From Marsupella aquatica (taxonomy: Eukaryota > Plantae > Marchantiophyta), in contig OZ316894.1 of the NCBI GenBank assembly GCA_973895155.1, forward strand, positions 438,089 through 502,088: a DNA stretch of 64,000 nucleotides, written 5' to 3'. The notes beneath the pieces are model-generated. The model ran no database searches. It was not told the DNA's origin and was given only the letters and a program-made list of their open reading frames with translations. The position numbers and the translations under genes are program-made. Every line of letters begins with the position of its first letter. Within the stretch, counting starts at the first letter, position 1. Of this stretch, positions 59,161 to 64,000 are shown piece after piece.

Positions 59161-60795
59161 TCAAACGCCAAAAAACTTACATGTTGTTGCCAAGAGTACT
59201 ACTGGCTTTTTCTTCTTGCGCTTTTCTGGATTGGCTTTTGAACGGACCACCTCTTCCTCCTCCGGGGAGATCACTCCAACCAGTTGTGCCAGTTGGTCTT
59301 GCGCACAAGTTCCGAAGTGAGGATAGGATTCAGTCCCAAACACCATCCGCCCGCAATTTTCACCCGCCTTGAATATTGCCCCAAATTGTGCGTTGAAAGT
59401 GAGGATAGTTGCCCCAGGGTGTGTTGTATATTTGATGATACATTGGAGCGTTGTTGGTGACAATGTGCCCGCAAAAGGATCGTTAACCTGATTCTTCTTG
59501 GATGTATAGTTCGTTAGCCCATTCCTACTCTTCATATCAAGCTCTGCACTAATTGGTGCCACATCATCCTTTGGGCATATCTCCACAACAGATTGAAACC
59601 CCCATAGGTCTAGCTTGAGATATTCGCTCTAGATCGGCCAAACATATTCAGAGGTCAGACTTCCTCAGTTTAGGATAGTAAGTCATTGGAATAAAAAATA
59701 AATGAAGAAGTAGGTAATTGATGGGACTTACTCGCTTCCCAGTCCTACCATCGTAGGTGGATGTGTTGTTCTAGATAAAGAAGCTTTCTTTCAACCCCCA
59801 GTTGGTATTCTCGTAAACTAATGCATCATAAATGCAAGTTGAGTGCCGAAGCGAACCACTGTGCACGATGGCAAACAGTCCTTCAAAATCAAGGACATCT
59901 TGAGCAAACTCCTGAACCCGGTTCAAGTCGTCCTCCCGGAACGAATTCCACAATGGGGTGGACTTACCCTCGACCATACGCGTGTCTGTTCCCATATGTA
60001 TCAGAATTAAATCTGCACCAGTCTTCACTCGCTTCCCCCCTTTTCTCCAGGCATTTTGACGCAACCTTCCCGCAATAGCTTTCTGCACCATGAGATCAAT
60101 TTACTAACTACAGGGGGTTTGGTACCTTCTTTAGCCGCATCAAAAAAAGTTGTAAATAGATTTGGAGACCACCTAAAATACATATGTGACCTGCTCTGGG
60201 AAGACATGGTATTGGCATAAGGACGCCTTACTCCTTCCAGCTCTGTATTATCCTCTTCTCCAAGGGCCTCTTCATCCTCCTCATTTTCCAATGTGGGGTC
60301 AGGTTGGATGGTTGTGGGCGGAACCTCTCCAGTGCCGGGCGGGGGAGGCGACTCAGTGGGGGAAGGAAGAGGAGGAAATTCCTCGTCACGTGCTTTGCTT
60401 GGGCTTCCTTTGGGAGCTCTGGGTCGCCTAGTTTTCTTTCTTTTTAAGGCCTTTTCCTTTTGCCGTGACAGTAATGGTGGCCGGTAAGGCACAAGAGAGA
60501 TATCAGACAAGCGCCCTTCGTCTCTGGATTGTCCTTTGTCCTCTTCCTCTCGCTCCTCTTCCTCTCACTCACCCACATCATCCTCACCTTGCTGCTCGTC
60601 AGCCAATTCATCTTGTACTTCAGGAGCCTCATGCGGAGGCAAGTCAAATTCTTGCAGTGGAGCCTCGTCTGGACCCAACTCAACTATTGGTTGTTTATCC
60701 TTGTGCCCTGGACCCTGCAAAACCCCTAGACCGTCCTCAACTGCTGCCTTTGTAGCCGGCTCTACACCCTTGCTCTTGATAGAACCAGGTTTCAT
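59161..60795 (-). pseudogene. Degenerate beta-class N4/N6 DNA methyltransferase-like gene with acidic/Pro-rich N-terminal region
   Basis: LSPTTLQCIIKYTTHPGATILTFNAQFGAIFKAGENCGRMVFGTE parallels KP.L+.+I...T.PGD.VLDPF.GSG...A...GR.++G.E; GADLILIH and QDVLDFEGLFAI parallel motifs IV and VI. Has frameshifts, one stop and a GTAAGT donor at ~59731. Confidence 0.5.
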
Positions 60796-60920
60796 TTGGA
60801 TCTCTGCATGACCTGCATAGGATGCAAATTGATGAGCTTCATGATGGCAACTGCATCTCGGCGAGCCTCGCCAAGATTGGGTTCATTATATGCAAGCAAC
60901 TTATTGCTCAACTAATATTT

Positions 60921-61203
60921 CATCTCGGCGAGCCTCGCCGACATGTGGACTGGACCAGACACTTCAATCTCGAAGAGCCTCTCCGACATCTGGACTGGAC
61001 TAGACACTTAATCTCAGAGAGCCTCACCGACATCTGGACTGGACCAGACACTTAATCTCAGAGAGCCTTGCCGACATCTGGACTGGACTAGACACTTAAT
61101 CTCAGAGAGCCTCGCCGACATCTGGACTGGACCAGACACTTAATCTCGGAGAGCCTCGCCGACATCTAGGCTAGATCGGACACTTAATCTCGGCGAGCCT
61201 CCC
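60921..61203 (+). repeat. 44-bp tandem array (~6.5 copies)
   Basis: Unit TAATCTC(A/G)GAGAGCCTCGCCGACATCTGGACTGGAC(C/T)AGACACT. Confidence 0.92.
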
Positions 61204-61284
61204 CAAGTAAATATAGGGGTCTGGATTTCAAAGACGCTCTAAGTCATCCACCCTCACCGAGATGAGACCCTCATTCCTTCGGTG

Positions 61285-64000
61285 TGTCACGTCGTAGGCT
61301 TCGGCCTTAACTCAGACTTCAGCTTAGACGGGCACATCCCTCGTAAATCTGAGGGTTCGAGCAGGGAGGGAAGCACGTAATGCACCTTATTCTCGTAAAC
61401 TAGCGCTAAGTGCGCATACTGCTAGATTCGGACACCTCCTAGGTATGGTTTGTGTTCCGCCGCCGGAACGTACCTTAGTCGATAGCAGGATCGACCCCGG
61501 CTTAAGGGCTTCTAAGCCTTCGTGCTGTCCGCCTTCGATCCGGATTCGATGATACAGGTCCTCAACCCGTGCTTGCAACCACTTACCCGCAGGCTGCACC
61601 CTGTGCACGTCTCGGGTAGTGCGTTCGGCCTGGCGCTGCCACCCATACACGAGAAACCCACACACATATGCGCACACATGCATACAATCTCGATTTACAC
61701 GAAGGAAAATGATGGGAAAGGATTTTACTACAAAGGGAACATATGCGTACACTTAGTTAACCCGACAGCCCTGGAATGAACAGGTTCAAGGCCGAGGGTG
61801 CACACTACAACGGAGCCCGGCTCCGCACTCGCCCGACGAGCTTAGTCCTACCCCCTCCCCTTGGTACTCTGTCATTCCCAGAGGTCGGGACTCCCCGCAT
61901 ATCCCGCGGATGTCCGACTCTGAAACTAAAACCCCCCCTCCTGCCTCTACCGAGGGGTGCACTAAATACTAAGAGCCGAGGGACGGGGTGTCCTCTCACC
62001 GAAGATTCGCTGACTAAGGTCCTAACTAAGCTGACAGTCAGGCCGGAAAATGGCTGTGTCTTATTAGAAGATCCTAATCTACGCAGGCTGGACAGCAGGG
62101 CAGCGCTGTTGTACCTAAGGCAGGTGCCTGTCCCAAGAGCCTGACTAAGCCAATCCTAATCCTAATCTATTCCTACTCCGCCGCTAATGCCTGGCACGCT
62201 TGCTAGAGCCGCCCGAATGGGAACGCCCATCCCGCTGCCTTCGAAGCCTGTCATTGTCCGCTTTGAGGAGCTGGACCTGGTCCAGCAGAGATTTGTTCTC
62301 TCACCTCACCGCGTCCGTCTCCTCTGCTGCCTCCTAACATGCCTCCTCTAGCTGCTGGGCGTCGCTCGTCAGTTTACCCGCCAGCTGGTCCTGCTTCTCG
62401 GCCTCGGTTTGGAGCCGCGCCATCTCGGCCTGCAGCGTGGCTATCTCCGCCGTGTCCCGCTGGGCTCGCTCCTCGGCCTCCTCCAGGTCTTTCTGCCAGG
62501 TGACAGCTTGTTTCTTCAAACTGTCAATCTAGTTCCAGAGTCGTGTAATCTCGGCCTCGTTCCCAGCTTTGGCCTATTCGGCTAGGGCAGTAAGAGCATA
62601 CGCCTTTGCTAACAACTCATCGGCGGCTGCAACCTTGGGTCGTAGTTGCAGAAGCTCAGCCTCTTGAGCCGCCACTTCGTTCTTTAGGTACACGGACTCC
62701 ACCCGGTACCGCTCTATCCTCTGAAGGGCCTCCGACTGGGCCCGACCTGCCTTTACGGCGGCAACCAACTCCTGATTGAAGAAACAGGCTACCTTCCGGG
62801 CCATGAACTCCCCGGTATCCCGGGCAATTTGATGAGAGAAATCTCCCAGAAGCCCGTTCAGAAACGTACCCTGTACGAAGAGTTCCGGATGGTCCAAGTT
62901 GTACCTGTCCGGATTTGGGCACGGGCAGACGTCAACACGCGCAGGGGCCGGGGCAGTGACGTCCAGCCCTAGGGACATAACGTTGGAAGGGGCTGGAGTG
63001 TCCTCCTGCAGCGATGTCCGGTTCTCCGGAATTGCCACCGGCGGGTCCTTGGGAGACCCGGGTTTGGGTAAGACCTCTGCAGTACCAACTTCTGTACTTA
63101 GCCCGGCTAGTTGGGTCGCATCAACGGTTGCGATGACCGACCCCTCCGGCGCCTCCTCGGTTACGATTACAGCTATTTGTGGAGGTGGGGTGGGTGAAGC
63201 TGGCGTGTCCACTGGACTTCGGGCCTCGGGTTGGGGCCGTCTCTCCAATGCCGGAAAAACCCACCTAGCTGGGACCAGCTTTGTAACGTTGATGCGGGGA
63301 AGGGTTCGTCGATCAAACCGGGCGTACCACTCAAGAATGATTTCGATGTGGCTAGCGAAATACGCCTTCCCGCCAATGTACAGTGTCTTCCTTCGCCGCT
63401 CCATCTCTTCATGGAATTTCTTAGCGAAGTACGACGCCCATTTCCTAGGTCGATAGTTCTCGACCTAGATGACCTGGGCGGCGGAGATCTCCCCCCGGGG
63501 TTTCATCATGTGGAGAGCGTACCTCTGGAACTCCAGCCGCTTAGCTATCTCGGGCATGAGGCAGGTCCTCATCACGAACCCGTTGTCTACTGCTCCTTCT
63601 GAGGGAAAACTTGAAGATTGGTACTTGGCCCCCTTGCCCCCGGGAGCCCGTGATTCGACTCGATGGTCACCTTCGGGTAACCCGAAGATCATCTTGAGCC
63701 GTTCTTCTATGAGGGACATATTCCTTCCCCGCAGCCGAGTCTGTTGACGTACATCGTCATAATTCTTGACGAATTCTGTCATGTCCTCCCCGTAGTACCT
63801 GCAAGTGTTCCAGGGGAGAGAGGTGAGGTGCTCAAATCCCTGAGTCTTCAGGTACACCGCATGCTTGGGATGGAGGATGTTGCTGTGAACGTTTTCCCCC
63901 ATGCGGTGCATCGTCACCTTGGCTACGGCTACCGTGGCCAACGGTAACCCGGATGCAGTGGCGGATTCCTTCCTCTTCTTTCCCCGTGACTGACTCGGGG
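61285..64000 (-). mobile_element. Family C unit C3 (3' 2.7 kb; runs off the window) with ORF remnant 62184-64000
   Basis: Near-identical to C2 from the TGTCACGTCGTAGG terminus; lacks the D insertion; a few CAG>TAG stops. Confidence 0.92.

Noticed and set aside
58642-61203. Palindromic ~40-bp periodic arrays as CRISPR
   Set aside because: Units are head-to-tail with no unique spacers, there are no cas genes, and the context is eukaryotic.

Overview
Eukaryotic, almost entirely transposon-derived DNA from a land plant. A liverwort or other bryophyte is my inference from the element types and spliceosomal introns. Bases 1-33.6 kb are a five-level nest of LTR retrotransposons. It holds an intact Bianca-type Ty1/copia element (identical 197-bp LTRs, GAATC TSD), two copies of an Athila-like Ty3/gypsy pol, and several related 4-4.7 kb TG...CA units. 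The main observation is that these units behave as giant LTRs that each carry a long protein-coding ORF. Family A (10885-15544) starts right after the pol PPT, and the same TGTGATG start recurs elsewhere as a free element terminus. Families C (15554-19529, 23748-31879, 61285-end) and D (25791-29917) occur as gag/pol-less units with exact 5-bp TSDs, i.e. apparent solo LTRs. The A, B and C proteins share a domain motif (D is more divergent), and the A, C and D units share a hairpin near the 3' end. The rest of the window holds a frameshifted Sola2-like transposase gene, a two-exon Crinkler-like REase+kinase gene, a degenerate L1-type LINE and a G-rich 120-bp satellite. It also holds a truncated Tork-like copia and a segment pairing a Ulp1 protease ORF with a degenerate N4/N6 DNA-methyltransferase-like ORF between related palindromic tandem arrays. 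All family assignments come from motif recognition by eye; no database search was run.
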